From positions 32,001-96,000 of the forward strand of contig CAVSGG010000003.1 of the NCBI GenBank assembly GCA_963727455.1: a stretch of 64,000 nucleotides of DNA, read 5' to 3'. Below, piece by piece: positions 31,333 to 41,520 of this stretch. This DNA comes from Candidatus Krumholzibacteriota bacterium (lineage in GTDB: Bacteria; Krumholzibacteriota; Krumholzibacteriia; JAJRXK01). Made by a program: the position numbers and the translations under genes. The notes under the pieces are model-generated. The model saw only the letters and a list, made by a program, of their open reading frames with translations, was not told the DNA's origin and searched no databases. Within the stretch, counting starts at the first letter, position 1; each line of letters begins with the position of its first letter.

Positions 31333-31409
31333 GCCGGCGTAGCTCAGTTGGTTAGAGCAGCGGAATCATAATCCGCGTGTCCGGGGTTCGAATCCCTGCG
31401 CCGGCACCA
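31333..31409 (+). tRNA. tRNA with CAT anticodon, most likely elongator tRNA-Met
   Basis: GCCGGCG...GCGGA-ATCATAA-TCCGC...GGTTCGAATCC...CGCCGGCACCA; paired G1-C72 so not initiator. Confidence 0.93.
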
Positions 31410-31437
31410 TTTCCCGCCATGAAACTGGAGGACCGGC

Positions 31438-32853
31438 ATGGCCTCCTCCTCTCACCAAGCCGATTTGCTGCAACTCTTGCGAGAGCTTCCGCCTGAGCGC
31501 GGAGGAATTCTCTCGGGCGAGCGCCTGGTGATCGCGCTTTCCGGCGGCGCCGACTCGGTGGCCCTGCTCGACCTCTTGCTGCGCTTGCGAGAAGAAAGAG
31601 GCCTGCGTCTCTTGGCGGCGCACCTCGACCACGGTCTGAGAGAGAGCAGCGCACAGGACGGCGAATTCTGTCGCGCGTTTTGCGAGGCGCGCGGCGTAGA
31701 GTTCGTGCTGGAACGCACCGACCCGCGCCCCCTCGCGCGAAAGACGGGGACCGGACTGGAGGCGGCCAGCCGCCAGCTGCGTTACGAGTTCCTGGACCGC
31801 CTTCGCGAAGCTCGTGGCTTCGACCGGGTGTGCACGGGCCACCATCGGGACGATCACCTGGAGACGCTCTTGCTCTGGCTCTTCCGTGGCACCAGTCCCG
31901 CCGGGATGGAGGGGATTCGCGCGCGCACCGTCGACCGCTTGCGGCCCTTGCGCGAGTTCTCCCGCGCGCAGATTCGCGAGTATCTGAAGTGGCGCGAGTT
32001 GCAGTGGAGAGAGGACGAGAGCAACACGAGCGCGGACTTCCGCCGCAACCGGGTGCGCCACGAGCTCGTCCCCCTCCTGAACGAGATTTTTGACGAGGGC
32101 GCGCCGGAGCGGCTGGGAAACTTCGCGGAGCACTGCGCCACCCTGGCGGCCTGGCTCGCCGAGCAGGCCGAGGAGGCACGCGCCACCCTGAACCGCGAGC
32201 CGGAGCCCCCCCTGGATCCCGCCGCCTGCGAGCTCCTCCACCGGCCTGGATTTTGCGCACTTCAAGAGCCAGTACAATTGGAGATCCTGCGCCACATCGC
32301 GCGCGAATTGGAGCCGGCGGGGCCCCAGCACTGGAATCGAGAGAATCTGCTGCGCTTGCGCGAATTCGCGCTCAAAGCGCCCGTGGGAAGCCGCTTTCCC
32401 CTGGCCCAGGGGGGCTGGCTCGTGATCGACCGCGATCAGCTGCGATTTCAGCCACCCGGGGCGAGCGCTGAGGCCGATCGCGACTCGATGCGACTTTCCG
32501 TGGAGCTTTTGCCCGCCGAAGGCGTTGAGACTACTATGACAGCTAGGAACTGCACCCAGATTGACGCGGACAAGATCCATGGAAACTTGAACTTGCGGTG
32601 CTTCCGGCCGGGAGACCGCATGCGAGTGGAAGGAATGCCCGGACGCAAGAAAGTGGCGGAGCTCTACCGCGAACACGGAGTACCCGCCGACCACCGCGAT
32701 TCCATGTGGATCGTGGAGGACGAGGAAGGCATCGTCTGGACCGTGGGGGTCGCGACCTCGCAACACTGTCGAATCACGAGCGCAACGCAGAGAGTCTTGC
32801 GTTTGAGCTTGCAACCCCAAAAGAAGGAATCCGATCTCGATGACCGGACCTGA
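31438..32853 (+). CDS. tilS: tRNA(Ile)-lysidine synthetase
   Basis: [10 protein letters not shown]-loop, [28 protein letters not shown]. Confidence 0.95.
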   Translation: MASSSHQADLLQLLRELPPERGGILSGERLVIALSGGADSVALLDLLLRLREERGLRLLAAHLDHGLRESSAQDGEFCRAFCEARGVEFVLERTDPRPLARKTGTGLEAASRQLRYEFLDRLREARGFDRVCTGHHRDDHLETLLLWLFRGTSPAGMEGIRARTVDRLRPLREFSRAQIREYLKWRELQWREDESNTSADFRRNRVRHELVPLLNEIFDEGAPERLGNFAEHCATLAAWLAEQAEEARATLNREPEPPLDPAACELLHRPGFCALQEPVQLEILRHIARELEPAGPQHWNRENLLRLREFALKAPVGSRFPLAQGGWLVIDRDQLRFQPPGASAEADRDSMRLSVELLPAEGVETTMTARNCTQIDADKIHGNLNLRCFRPGDRMRVEGMPGRKKVAELYREHGVPADHRDSMWIVEDEEGIVWTVGVATSQHCRITSATQRVLRLSLQPQKKESDLDDRT

Positions 32854-34885
32854 TCGTGATCGCCGCACGCCGCCTCCGCGGAACCGGCGCCGCCGCGCTC
32901 CCAGCGGTGGATCACCGAGACCACTCCCCCCCGGACGCACCATGGGCTTCTGGCTCGTGATCATCGTCCTGCTATTCTTCGGCTTCCAACTGCTCTATCT
33001 GGACAGCAAGAAGGAATACAACCTGAGCTATTCCACCTTCATCCAGCAGGTGGACAAGGGAAACATCGCCGAGGCCACGCAGAACGAGCGCGAGATCACC
33101 GGACGTCTGGCCAAGAAGGAGATGCTCAAGACCGATGACGGCTCCCAGCAACAGGTCGAGTCGTTCAAGGTCATCCTGCCCGTTCAGGATCCCAAGCTCA
33201 TCCAGCGTATTCAGGACAAGAATCCCGATGCCGTCATCAAGGGCAAACTCAGCGGCATGAACTGGTGGGGCGCGGTCCTTACCTATTTGCCCTTCATCCT
33301 CATCATCGCGATCTGGGTGTTCTTTTTGCGGCAAATGCAATCCGGCGGGAACAAGGCCTTCAGTTTCGGCAAGAGCAAGGCGAAACTCATCGACGCCGAC
33401 CGGCCCACCGTCACCTTCCTCGACGTGGCGGGCTGTGACGAGGCCAAGCAGGAACTCGAGGAAGTGGTCGAGTTCTTGAAATCTCCGCGCAAATTCCAGC
33501 GCCTCGGGGGACGTGTGCCCAAGGGCGCGCTTTTGGTGGGACCCCCCGGCACGGGCAAGACCCTTCTGGGCCGCGCCGTGGCCGGTGAAGCAGGGGTTCC
33601 ATTCTTTCACATGTCCGGTTCGGACTTCGTCGAGATGTTCGTCGGGGTCGGCGCTTCGCGAGTCCGCGACCTCTTCGAGCAGGGCAAGCGCGCCGCGCCG
33701 TGCATTCTCTTCATCGACGAGATCGACGCGGTGGGCCGCCATCGCGGTGCCGGACTGGGGGGCGGTCACGACGAACGTGAGCAGACCCTCAATCAGCTGC
33801 TCGTCGAGATGGACGGCTTCGAGAGCAACGACGGCGTCATTCTCATCGCCGCGACCAACCGTCCCGATGTGCTCGATCCCGCCCTTTTGCGCCCGGGCCG
33901 TTTCGACCGCCAGGTGATGGTCGATCTGCCGGACATTCGCGGACGCGAGGGAATCCTCAAGGTGCACATGCGCAAGGTGCAGGTCGGACCCGACGTGGAC
34001 ACCCGCGTGTTGGCCAAGGGGACTCCGGGGATGAGCGGCGCCGACCTGGCGAACCTGGTCAACGAGGGCGCGCTCCTGGCCGCGCGCCGGGGTCACGAAG
34101 TGGTGACCATGCTCGACATGGAAGACGCCAAGGAGAAAGTACTGCTGGGTCCGGAGAGACGCAGCCGCGTGATGAGCCCGAAGGAACTCGAGCTCACCGC
34201 CTACCACGAGTGCGGTCATGCCATCGTGGCCGCCTCGATCCCCGACTACGACCAGGTCCACAAGATCACCATCATTCCGCGCGGCCGCGCGGCCGGGCTC
34301 ACCTGGGTCTTGCCCGACGAGGATCGCATCCCACGTCAGGACTGGGCGGAGGCTCGCATTGCCCATGCTCTGGGTGGGCGCGCCGCGGAGGAATTGATCT
34401 TCGACATGATCTCGGCCGGTGCGAGCGACGACATTCAGAAGGCGACCGAGCTGGCGCGGCGGATGGTCACGCGTTGGGGCATGAGTCAACTCGGTCCCAT
34501 CGCGCTGGCGCAGCAGAACGAGCAGATCTTCTTGGGAAGAGAGATCTCCCAGCACCGCGACTACAGCGAGAAGACCGCCATCGCCATCGACGACGAGGTC
34601 TCCCGTCTCATCCGCGAGAGCCACGACCGGGCCAAGAACATCCTCTCGGAGAACATCGATGCGCTGCACAAGATGGCCAAGGCCCTCCTGGAGCGGGAAA
34701 CCCTGGATGGCGAGGACGTGAACATGATCCTCAAGGGCGAGGAGCTTCCGCCTTTGGCCCCGCCCGAACCCGTCGAGGAGGGAGAACCCGCCGACCTGCC
34801 TCCGAAGGAGTCGCCCACTGGCCAGGAATCCTCTCCGACTCCCAAGGGCCTTCACGGGCAGCCGGGACCCGATCCGGCGCTTTGA
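32840..34885 (+). CDS. ftsH: ATP-dependent zinc metalloprotease FtsH
   Basis: Two TM helices, [42 protein letters not shown]. Confidence 0.98.
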   Translation: MTGPDRDRRTPPPRNRRRRAPSGGSPRPLPPGRTMGFWLVIIVLLFFGFQLLYLDSKKEYNLSYSTFIQQVDKGNIAEATQNEREITGRLAKKEMLKTDDGSQQQVESFKVILPVQDPKLIQRIQDKNPDAVIKGKLSGMNWWGAVLTYLPFILIIAIWVFFLRQMQSGGNKAFSFGKSKAKLIDADRPTVTFLDVAGCDEAKQELEEVVEFLKSPRKFQRLGGRVPKGALLVGPPGTGKTLLGRAVAGEAGVPFFHMSGSDFVEMFVGVGASRVRDLFEQGKRAAPCILFIDEIDAVGRHRGAGLGGGHDEREQTLNQLLVEMDGFESNDGVILIAATNRPDVLDPALLRPGRFDRQVMVDLPDIRGREGILKVHMRKVQVGPDVDTRVLAKGTPGMSGADLANLVNEGALLAARRGHEVVTMLDMEDAKEKVLLGPERRSRVMSPKELELTAYHECGHAIVAASIPDYDQVHKITIIPRGRAAGLTWVLPDEDRIPRQDWAEARIAHALGGRAAEELIFDMISAGASDDIQKATELARRMVTRWGMSQLGPIALAQQNEQIFLGREISQHRDYSEKTAIAIDDEVSRLIRESHDRAKNILSENIDALHKMAKALLERETLDGEDVNMILKGEELPPLAPPEPVEEGEPADLPPKESPTGQESSPTPKGLHGQPGPDPAL

Positions 34886-34961
34886 CGGCCTTTGATTTGC
34901 TAGAATGAGGGTTCGGGGGAGTGTCCCCCGGACCCTTACTTTTTTTGCCGGCAAGGTCGCG

Positions 34962-35879
34962 ATGCCCCAATCTGACAAAGTCCTGGCCCACTCGCCGCGA
35001 TTTTGGCCCCACCGACCCCTGATCATGGGGATCGTCAACGTCACCCCCGATTCTTTCAGCGACGGGGGACGCCACTACCACTGGCAGGATGCGGTTGGCT
35101 TCGGCCTGCGGCTGGCCCAAGAGGGCGCAGACCTCTTGGACATCGGTGGCGAGAGCACCCGGCCCGGCGCGCCCCCGGTCGAACTCGAAGAAGAGCTAGC
35201 TCGCGTGCTCCCGGTGGTGCGAGTGTTGAAGGGGGAGGTGGACCTTCCCTTGAGCATCGATACGCGCAAGGCGGCGGTAGCGAAGGAAGCCCTGGCCTGC
35301 GGCGCGCATTGGGTCAACGACATCAGCGCCCTTGGCGATCCCGCCATGGCGCAGGTCGTGGCCGAAGCGGGGGCTGGCGTTATCCTCATGCACATGCAGG
35401 GGGAACCGGCCACCATGCAGAAGAATCCGCACTACCAAGACGTGGTGGAAGAGATCGCAAGCAGCCTGCAGAGCCGCGCCGCCGTGGCTGAGGAAGCCGG
35501 CATCGATCCGTCGCGCATCTGGCTGGACCCGGGAATCGGTTTTGGAAAGACCCTGCAACACAACTTGCGAATTTTCGCGGCGCTCGACCGATTCGCGCGT
35601 CTAGGCTACCCTGTAGTCTTGGGAGCCAGCCGGAAACGCTTCCTCGCGCAACTGTACGACTGTGAGCAGAGTGTGGACCGACTCGCGGGCAGTTTAGCTG
35701 CGGCTGGTCTCTGTCTTCGCTTGCGCAGAAGCGTGGTTCGCGTCCACGATGTGGCCGCGACGCGCCAATATCTAACGGTACGGCGCGCGCTCATGGCCGG
35801 AGCGCCCCTACCCTGGGAACCCTCGGGCCTGGATCGAATGGAAGAGTATCCCGCCCCTACCACCCACGACGAAGAGTAG
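34962..35879 (+). CDS. folP: Dihydropteroate synthase
   Basis: MGIVNVTPDSFSDGG, DIGGESTRPG, DPGIGFGK, SRKRF, RVHDV. Confidence 0.96.
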   Translation: MPQSDKVLAHSPRFWPHRPLIMGIVNVTPDSFSDGGRHYHWQDAVGFGLRLAQEGADLLDIGGESTRPGAPPVELEEELARVLPVVRVLKGEVDLPLSIDTRKAAVAKEALACGAHWVNDISALGDPAMAQVVAEAGAGVILMHMQGEPATMQKNPHYQDVVEEIASSLQSRAAVAEEAGIDPSRIWLDPGIGFGKTLQHNLRIFAALDRFARLGYPVVLGASRKRFLAQLYDCEQSVDRLAGSLAAAGLCLRLRRSVVRVHDVAATRQYLTVRRALMAGAPLPWEPSGLDRMEEYPAPTTHDEE

Positions 35880-35914
35880 GCCGGCCGGGACCAACCAAGC
35901 TAAGGAACGCGGAA

Positions 35915-36757
35915 TTGGGTACTGTCCTGGAATTCTTGCGCAGCTACTACATTCTGGATCTCCTCGACGTTCTCATCGTTGCCTTCCTCTTCTACCGCCT
36001 GTACTTGATCATCCGCGGCACCCGCGCCATTCAGATGTTTTTGGGGCTGGGCGTGCTGTTTCTCTTTTCCTCTCTCGCGCAGAGTTTCGGCCTCACCCTC
36101 TTGGACCGTATCATCGTGAGCTTGCAGACGGTCTGGCTCATCGGATTCATCATCATCTTTCAGCCCGAGCTGCGGCGCGCTCTCACCTACCTGGGACAGA
36201 CGCGTTATCTGCGCCGTTTCTTGGCCGAGAGTCGTCCGGAAATGGTGGATGAAATTCTGCTGGCGATCTCCAGGCTGCAGAAGGCGGGGCTGGGCGCGAT
36301 CCTGGTGCTCCAGCGCAACACCGGCCTCAAGACCCACGTGGAAACCGGCACCCTCATCGACGCCAAGATCAAGGCGACCCTGCTGGAGACCATCTTTACG
36401 CCGCCCACTCCGCTGCACGACGGCGCCGTGATTCTCCAACACGATCGCATCGTGGCCGCCGGTTGCATCTTGCCGCTGTCGCGCAACGAGCACCTGGCCT
36501 ATACCCTGGGCACCCGGCACCGCGCCGCCCTGGGCATCACCGAAGAGAGCGACGCCCTGGCCATCGTGGTGAGCGAGGAAAACCGTCAGCTCAGTGTGGC
36601 CGAGGAGGGACGGCTCCGGCGGCGCCTCAGTCTGGAAGATCTCGAGGCGAGGCTGCTGGAGATCTACGGTCAGCCCGAGACCCTGCCCAACCTGGCCGAC
36701 GAGGAACTGGGGGGCGAAGACGCCACGAGCGAGCGTCCCGACCATCGCAGTCTGTGA
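35915..36757 (+). CDS. cdaA: Diadenylate cyclase CdaA
   Basis: Three TM helices, FQPELRRAL, PLHDGA, GTRHRAA, VVSEE; TTG start. Confidence 0.93.
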   Translation: MGTVLEFLRSYYILDLLDVLIVAFLFYRLYLIIRGTRAIQMFLGLGVLFLFSSLAQSFGLTLLDRIIVSLQTVWLIGFIIIFQPELRRALTYLGQTRYLRRFLAESRPEMVDEILLAISRLQKAGLGAILVLQRNTGLKTHVETGTLIDAKIKATLLETIFTPPTPLHDGAVILQHDRIVAAGCILPLSRNEHLAYTLGTRHRAALGITEESDALAIVVSEENRQLSVAEEGRLRRRLSLEDLEARLLEIYGQPETLPNLADEELGGEDATSERPDHRSL

Positions 36758-37121
36758 GAAGGAACCCCCACCGACAAACTCCGGTGCCGGCGGAGAGCCC
36801 CCGGCATCCAAGAGCCACTCCGCCGACCCGGGGAGCGATGCGGCGGGTGCACCAACCCCGCCCTCGCTCCGCTCCCTGAACCGCTCCAAGGCGTGGGGCT
36901 GGCGATCCGCAGGGCGATGGCGCCCCGGCGCCGCCGGCCTGCGTCCTCTGCCCTCTGCAGGGGTGGGACCAGCGGAACTCGCAACCCTCAGCTCGGTCGC
37001 GAAGTGTTGAAAAACCAACAAGTTAAGGGAGAGAACCCACGCGAGCGCGGACACGACGCAGGGCCCTCAGAGCTGACAGCGCCTGGGGATGGGCAGACTT
37101 TGTTCGCGAAGCGGGACAGCC

Positions 37122-38741
37122 TCAGTCCTTCAGCCAGGTGGGCAGGGCGACGATTCGATCCTGGAGCAGTTTCACGAAGACCGCGACCGTATCGGGACAG
37201 AACTGGGTCCGCACCTTGGTCGAGAGATGCCAGATGGCTTCCGTCAGGCCCATGCCCTCGCTGTAGGTGCGGTTGGAGGTCATCGCGTCGAAGGAATCGG
37301 CCACGGTGACGATGCGCGCGCCCAAGCTTATTTCTTCGCCCTTGAGCTGGTCCGGGTAACCCTCGCCATCCCAGCGTTCGTGGTGATGCCGCACCATCTT
37401 GCGCGCTTGCTTGAGGAAGAGAATCTTGCGCAGGATTCTATCCCCGAGGGCGGGGTGCTCCTTCATGATCTCTAGTTCTTCGTCGGTGAGACGGCCGGGC
37501 TTGTTCAGGATTCCCTCGTGAATGCCGATCTTGCCGATGTCGTGCAGGGTCGCGCCCAAGCGCACGTCCTCCAGCGCCTCCCGGGAGAAGTTCATCGCCT
37601 TGGCGATGGCCAGCGCGTAGCGGCTCACGCGTGCGGTGTGGCCGCGCGTGTAGGTGTCCTTGGCTTCCATGGCCGACATCAGACTCTGGATGGTGGCCAC
37701 GTAGCTCTCCTGCAGCTTCTGGAAGAGCTCGGCCTTCTCCATCGCGATTCCGGTCGAAGCGAGCAAGCTGGAGAGCAGCATCTGATCGGCCAGCTCGAAC
37801 GGACGACCTCCGAGCTTGGGTCCCAAGAAGAGCAGCCCCGCGAGTTTGTTCCCGGTGAGAATGGGCGCCACCAGCGCGAAGCCCATCTGTTGCAAGTGTC
37901 GCAGGTCGCGGCCCAGTGTCACCCCCGAGGGGATCTCGGTGAAATCGACGCTGCGCGCGTGCTCTTGAATGTAGCTGAGGAAAGAGATCTCGCGCTTCAA
38001 GTGAACGCTCTGAATCTCGATGCGGTCCACGCCCTTGGCCGAGTGCAGCTCGAGCAACTCCTGATCGTTCTTGCTCACGAAGATGGCGGCCGATTCGATG
38101 ACGAGCTGCCCCATGACGGTCAGCAGGAGAATGTTGATCTGGTCGTCGACGTCGATGGAGGAGTTGATCTGGTGGCTCACGTCGAAAAGCGCGCGCTGAC
38201 TCAAGAGCTGCACCTTGAGCTGCCGGTACGCGACCGCCAATTCGCGCTGTCCCTCGTCCAGTTCGCTCGAGAGCTCGACGTTCTGCTGCGATAGATCTTT
38301 GCGCAGCGCAACACTGTTCAGTGCGTGTTCCACGCGCGCCGCGACTTCCACCGGACTCATGGTGTGCACGAGATAGTCCTGCGCCCCGGCCTGAAAAGCC
38401 TGGCGCGTGGCCCTCTCATCGCCACCCATGCCAAACACGAGCACCGGGACTCCTCCGGACTCGCCCTCACGCGAACTCAAACGCGAGCACAGCGAGAAAC
38501 CGGACAGATCGGGAAGTTCGCGCTCGATCAGAACGAGATCTATGGGTTGGGCATGGAAATATTTGAGACCCTGGCTCCCGTCCACGGCCACCAGAACTTC
38601 AAATCCGCTTTCGACCAATACGCGACTGATCAGCCCGCGGTGCACGGGGTCGGAATCGATCAGAAGAACACGCTGCGCCGGTGCCGAAGCGGCGAGAGTC
38701 AAGACTGAAGGGTTTGTGGGCTTGGTGGCAAATCCGCTCAT
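37122..38741 (-). CDS. Atypical receiver-GAF-HD-GYP phosphodiesterase
   Basis: YTRGH, LHDIGKIG, HHHERWDGEGYP, VADSFDAM intact; receiver has Glu at the phospho-Asp position (LVLIE) and His at the conserved Lys. Confidence 0.9.
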   Translation of the reverse strand: MSGFATKPTNPSVLTLAASAPAQRVLLIDSDPVHRGLISRVLVESGFEVLVAVDGSQGLKYFHAQPIDLVLIERELPDLSGFSLCSRLSSREGESGGVPVLVFGMGGDERATRQAFQAGAQDYLVHTMSPVEVAARVEHALNSVALRKDLSQQNVELSSELDEGQRELAVAYRQLKVQLLSQRALFDVSHQINSSIDVDDQINILLLTVMGQLVIESAAIFVSKNDQELLELHSAKGVDRIEIQSVHLKREISFLSYIQEHARSVDFTEIPSGVTLGRDLRHLQQMGFALVAPILTGNKLAGLLFLGPKLGGRPFELADQMLLSSLLASTGIAMEKAELFQKLQESYVATIQSLMSAMEAKDTYTRGHTARVSRYALAIAKAMNFSREALEDVRLGATLHDIGKIGIHEGILNKPGRLTDEELEIMKEHPALGDRILRKILFLKQARKMVRHHHERWDGEGYPDQLKGEEISLGARIVTVADSFDAMTSNRTYSEGMGLTEAIWHLSTKVRTQFCPDTVAVFVKLLQDRIVALPTWLKD

Positions 38742-38759
38742 GGGACCATCTCGTCTCAC

Positions 38760-40973
38760 TCAGTGAGCTCCGACCAGGATGTTCGTCACCGGCTCGACTT
38801 CCCCCTCTTCCTCGATAATTTCCAGGAACGCCTGCAAGACCTCGGCGTCGTAACGCATCCCCCAGTTCTCGCGAATGACTTCCAGCGCCTCGCCGCGACT
38901 CAGCGCCGCGCGGTAGGGTAGGTCGCGCGTCATGGCGACGAAGGACTCCACCACCGAGACGATGCGCGCGCTCAGGGGAATGGCCGCTCCACGCAGACCG
39001 TGGGGATAGCCTTCTCCGTTGAATCGCTCGTGGTGGTAGAGCACGACATCGGTGATCGTCTGGGAAAACTCCATCGCCGAGAGGATGTTCACCCCGGTGA
39101 GCGGATGCTGCTTGATGAGCTGCCACTCTTCCGGCGAGAGACTGCGGGGAGACTTCAGGACCAGGTCGCTGATCTCGATCATCCCGATGTCGCGCAGCAC
39201 CGTGCCATATACCAAGTCGCGGATTTGATCGCTGGGATAGTTGATCTTGGTCGCCACCTTGCCCACGTAGTGCGAGATCAACTCCGTGCTGGCGCGCGCT
39301 CCGGGGCCGCTGCGCTTCTCGATGAGATTCACGAAAGTCTGCGCCACGCCCAGGTTGCGGTCGTGCAAGTCCCGGATGAGACGCGCGTTCTCCAGCGCAA
39401 CCCCGGCCTGGTTCAAAAGGATCTCCAGGAACTCGTGGTCGACCCCCTCGGCGCGCCCGCCCGAAAGCCGCGGTCCCAGAGCCAAAATTCCGTACATTTT
39501 GTTCTTGCCGGTCAAGGGCGCTACGAGATCAAAGCCGTACTCGCGCAGGCAACCCATGACCTTCTCCAGACCCTTGGGCACATTTTCCGGATCCAATTGC
39601 AGTGGGTGGTTCACCCCGCCCATGAGCTGGGGATCTTCCAGGGCAATCTCGCTGAGCGAGATCTCCTCCGGCCCGCGCTGCTTGCGCGGCACCAAGCGAT
39701 CCCCCACCATCTCGAACCAGGCCACCGAACCCACGCCCACCTGAGCGATGGTGGTGAGCAAGACGAGGTTCACCAAATGGTCTTCGTCCCGGGTGCTGTT
39801 GAATTCTTTGCCGATGGTGAAGAGGGCCTTTTGCTGGTGGATTTTGCGGTTGAGATCGCGATCCTCGCTCTTGGAGCCGGAGCCCTTCGTTCTGGTTCGT
39901 CCACTCAGTTCTTCTCCGCCGATCGCGAGCGCGTGCGCGATCTTGCGGCCGAGCAGGTCGAGGGCCAAGACTTCGCTGGGACCGTACTCGTTTCCCGCGT
40001 GCTCCTTGCGCAGAAAGAGAGCGCCCTCGAGCTTCTCGCCGACGATGATCGGCACTGCCATCTGACAGTTCAGTTCGGTGAGCAGCTGGATTTCGCTGGG
40101 TGTCGCTTCGTCGGCATCGAGGTCGTCCATGGGCACCGGAGTGTTGGCTTTGAGGAGCCTCATCGCGATGGCGCCGCTCAGATTCAGCGAATGTTCCTTG
40201 TAGCCGACCTCTTCCAGCTTCTTGCCCTTGCGCGTCATGAGATGGCAGGAATCCGCCAGGTCGACACCGTAGAGCAGCGCCGCCACTGCGCCCTTCATGC
40301 CCGCCAGATCCTGGGCCGCGCCGAAGGCCTGCTCGGCCTCGGCCAGGCTCAGATAGCGCGCAGCGGGAACGGGCCTATCCACCTCGCGAATGCGCAATTT
40401 GCTGCTAGGATCGGGAGGCGTCGCGGGCGGAGCAGGCTCGCCGCCGCCGGCGCCCGCGTCGAATTCCACCCAATCGTGAATGAGGGATTCCTCGAAGGAC
40501 TCGCTTGCTGCCCGCTCTTCTTGGTCCACCGCGTCCGCTTCCGGACTCCACACGATCTCCTCTTCGCTCGCCGCAAGCGGCTCGTGGCGGGAAGGATTCG
40601 CAGCGGGAGCGGGAGTAGGAGCGTTGGCGAAATATTCCGAACTCTCTTCGAGTGAGGAGAAGAAGGAGGGCACGCCTCCGTCGCAACGCGCGCTCAAGAA
40701 GTTCTGCACCGTATCCGAGCAGCCTACGAACGCGGGACGGAACCCGAGCTGATTGCGCTCGCCGACGAAGTCACCCAAGAGCTTGGCGACGCCGCCCCCC
40801 AGACTCTCCAACTCGGAGAATTCGAAGATGACCTTGGACTTTTGCCTTTCGTCGCACTTCTGCAGCAGCTCCTGGACACTGGCGCGTTCCTTGACGCCCA
40901 GGTGTCCGGAGACCTTGATCACGAAGAGCTCGGGATCGGCGAGTTTGACGTGGGAAAACTTCGCTCTGGGCAT
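38760..40973 (-). CDS. STAS-GAF-GAF-degenerate HD-GYP protein
   Basis: N-terminal STAS-like domain; LRDIGMI (HD changed to RD), HHERFNGEGYP, VVESFVAM. Confidence 0.85.
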   Translation of the reverse strand: MPRAKFSHVKLADPELFVIKVSGHLGVKERASVQELLQKCDERQKSKVIFEFSELESLGGGVAKLLGDFVGERNQLGFRPAFVGCSDTVQNFLSARCDGGVPSFFSSLEESSEYFANAPTPAPAANPSRHEPLAASEEEIVWSPEADAVDQEERAASESFEESLIHDWVEFDAGAGGGEPAPPATPPDPSSKLRIREVDRPVPAARYLSLAEAEQAFGAAQDLAGMKGAVAALLYGVDLADSCHLMTRKGKKLEEVGYKEHSLNLSGAIAMRLLKANTPVPMDDLDADEATPSEIQLLTELNCQMAVPIIVGEKLEGALFLRKEHAGNEYGPSEVLALDLLGRKIAHALAIGGEELSGRTRTKGSGSKSEDRDLNRKIHQQKALFTIGKEFNSTRDEDHLVNLVLLTTIAQVGVGSVAWFEMVGDRLVPRKQRGPEEISLSEIALEDPQLMGGVNHPLQLDPENVPKGLEKVMGCLREYGFDLVAPLTGKNKMYGILALGPRLSGGRAEGVDHEFLEILLNQAGVALENARLIRDLHDRNLGVAQTFVNLIEKRSGPGARASTELISHYVGKVATKINYPSDQIRDLVYGTVLRDIGMIEISDLVLKSPRSLSPEEWQLIKQHPLTGVNILSAMEFSQTITDVVLYHHERFNGEGYPHGLRGAAIPLSARIVSVVESFVAMTRDLPYRAALSRGEALEVIRENWGMRYDAEVLQAFLEIIEEEGEVEPVTNILVGAH

Positions 40974-40985
40974 AAAGTCCCTGAC

Positions 40986-41022
40986 AAAAATTGCGGCGGT
41001 CCGCCCTGAGGCCGACCGCCGC
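40986..41022 (-). terminator. Terminator-like hairpin after the HTH gene
   Basis: GCGGCGGTC...GACCGCCGC stem followed by AATTTTT. Confidence 0.5.
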
Positions 41023-41065
41023 GACGAAACCCTGATTCGAGGTGGGTCAGCGACGCACTCGAGGC

Positions 41066-41290
41066 TCAGACGAGTTCTTTCGTCAGCCAACGGTCGAGGA
41101 CGCTCTTCAGAAAGCGCCACTCACTCCCCACTTTCTTCGCGGGGATCTTGCCCTCCTTCGCGAGCCGGCAGACCGTCTTCACGTGCATTTTCAGATAGTC
41201 CGCGGCCTCCGTGGAGGTCATGACGGGAGAGCTGGTGTCCTCCCCACCGATGTAGATATTGGCGTAATCGCCAAAGTTCTTCTCGCTCAT
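41066..41290 (-). CDS. Small excisionase-like (HTH_17, MerR-like) DNA-binding protein
   Basis: MTSTEAADYLKMHVKTVCRLAKEGKIPAKKVGSEWRF...LDRWL. Confidence 0.88.
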   Translation of the reverse strand: MSEKNFGDYANIYIGGEDTSSPVMTSTEAADYLKMHVKTVCRLAKEGKIPAKKVGSEWRFLKSVLDRWLTKELV

Positions 41291-41350
41291 TCCGTTCCCC
41301 TTGTTACCTCTAGGTGTGGTCCCCAGGATGTTTGGACTCGCAAACTAATC

Positions 41351-41367
41351 AGCAACCCGTATGCCAA
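41351..41367 (-). promoter_or_regulatory. sigma54 (-24/-12) promoter for the HTH gene
   Basis: TTGGCATACGGGTTGCT, GG-N10-GC, 60 bp upstream of the ATG. Confidence 0.72.
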
Positions 41368-41520
41368 CGGACGAGCTAGAATCAGGATCGTCCAATCGTC
41401 CATTTCCGAGCACTTTGAGCCGCTTCGAGGAAGCACGTGCCCCTTGCCGTCCGTTGCTGGAAACCACCAGCCGCTTGGGTGGATTGCAAGGTGCCAACCG
41501 CATTCGGGAAAGCTTTCATC

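Noticed and set aside
36758-37121. ncRNA or riboswitch between cdaA and the HD-GYP gene
   Set aside because: GC hairpins are present but match no family I recognise, and the position between convergent 3' ends does not fit a riboswitch
41066-41290. Excisionase marking an integrated element
   Set aside because: No integrase, att repeats or compositional shift nearby
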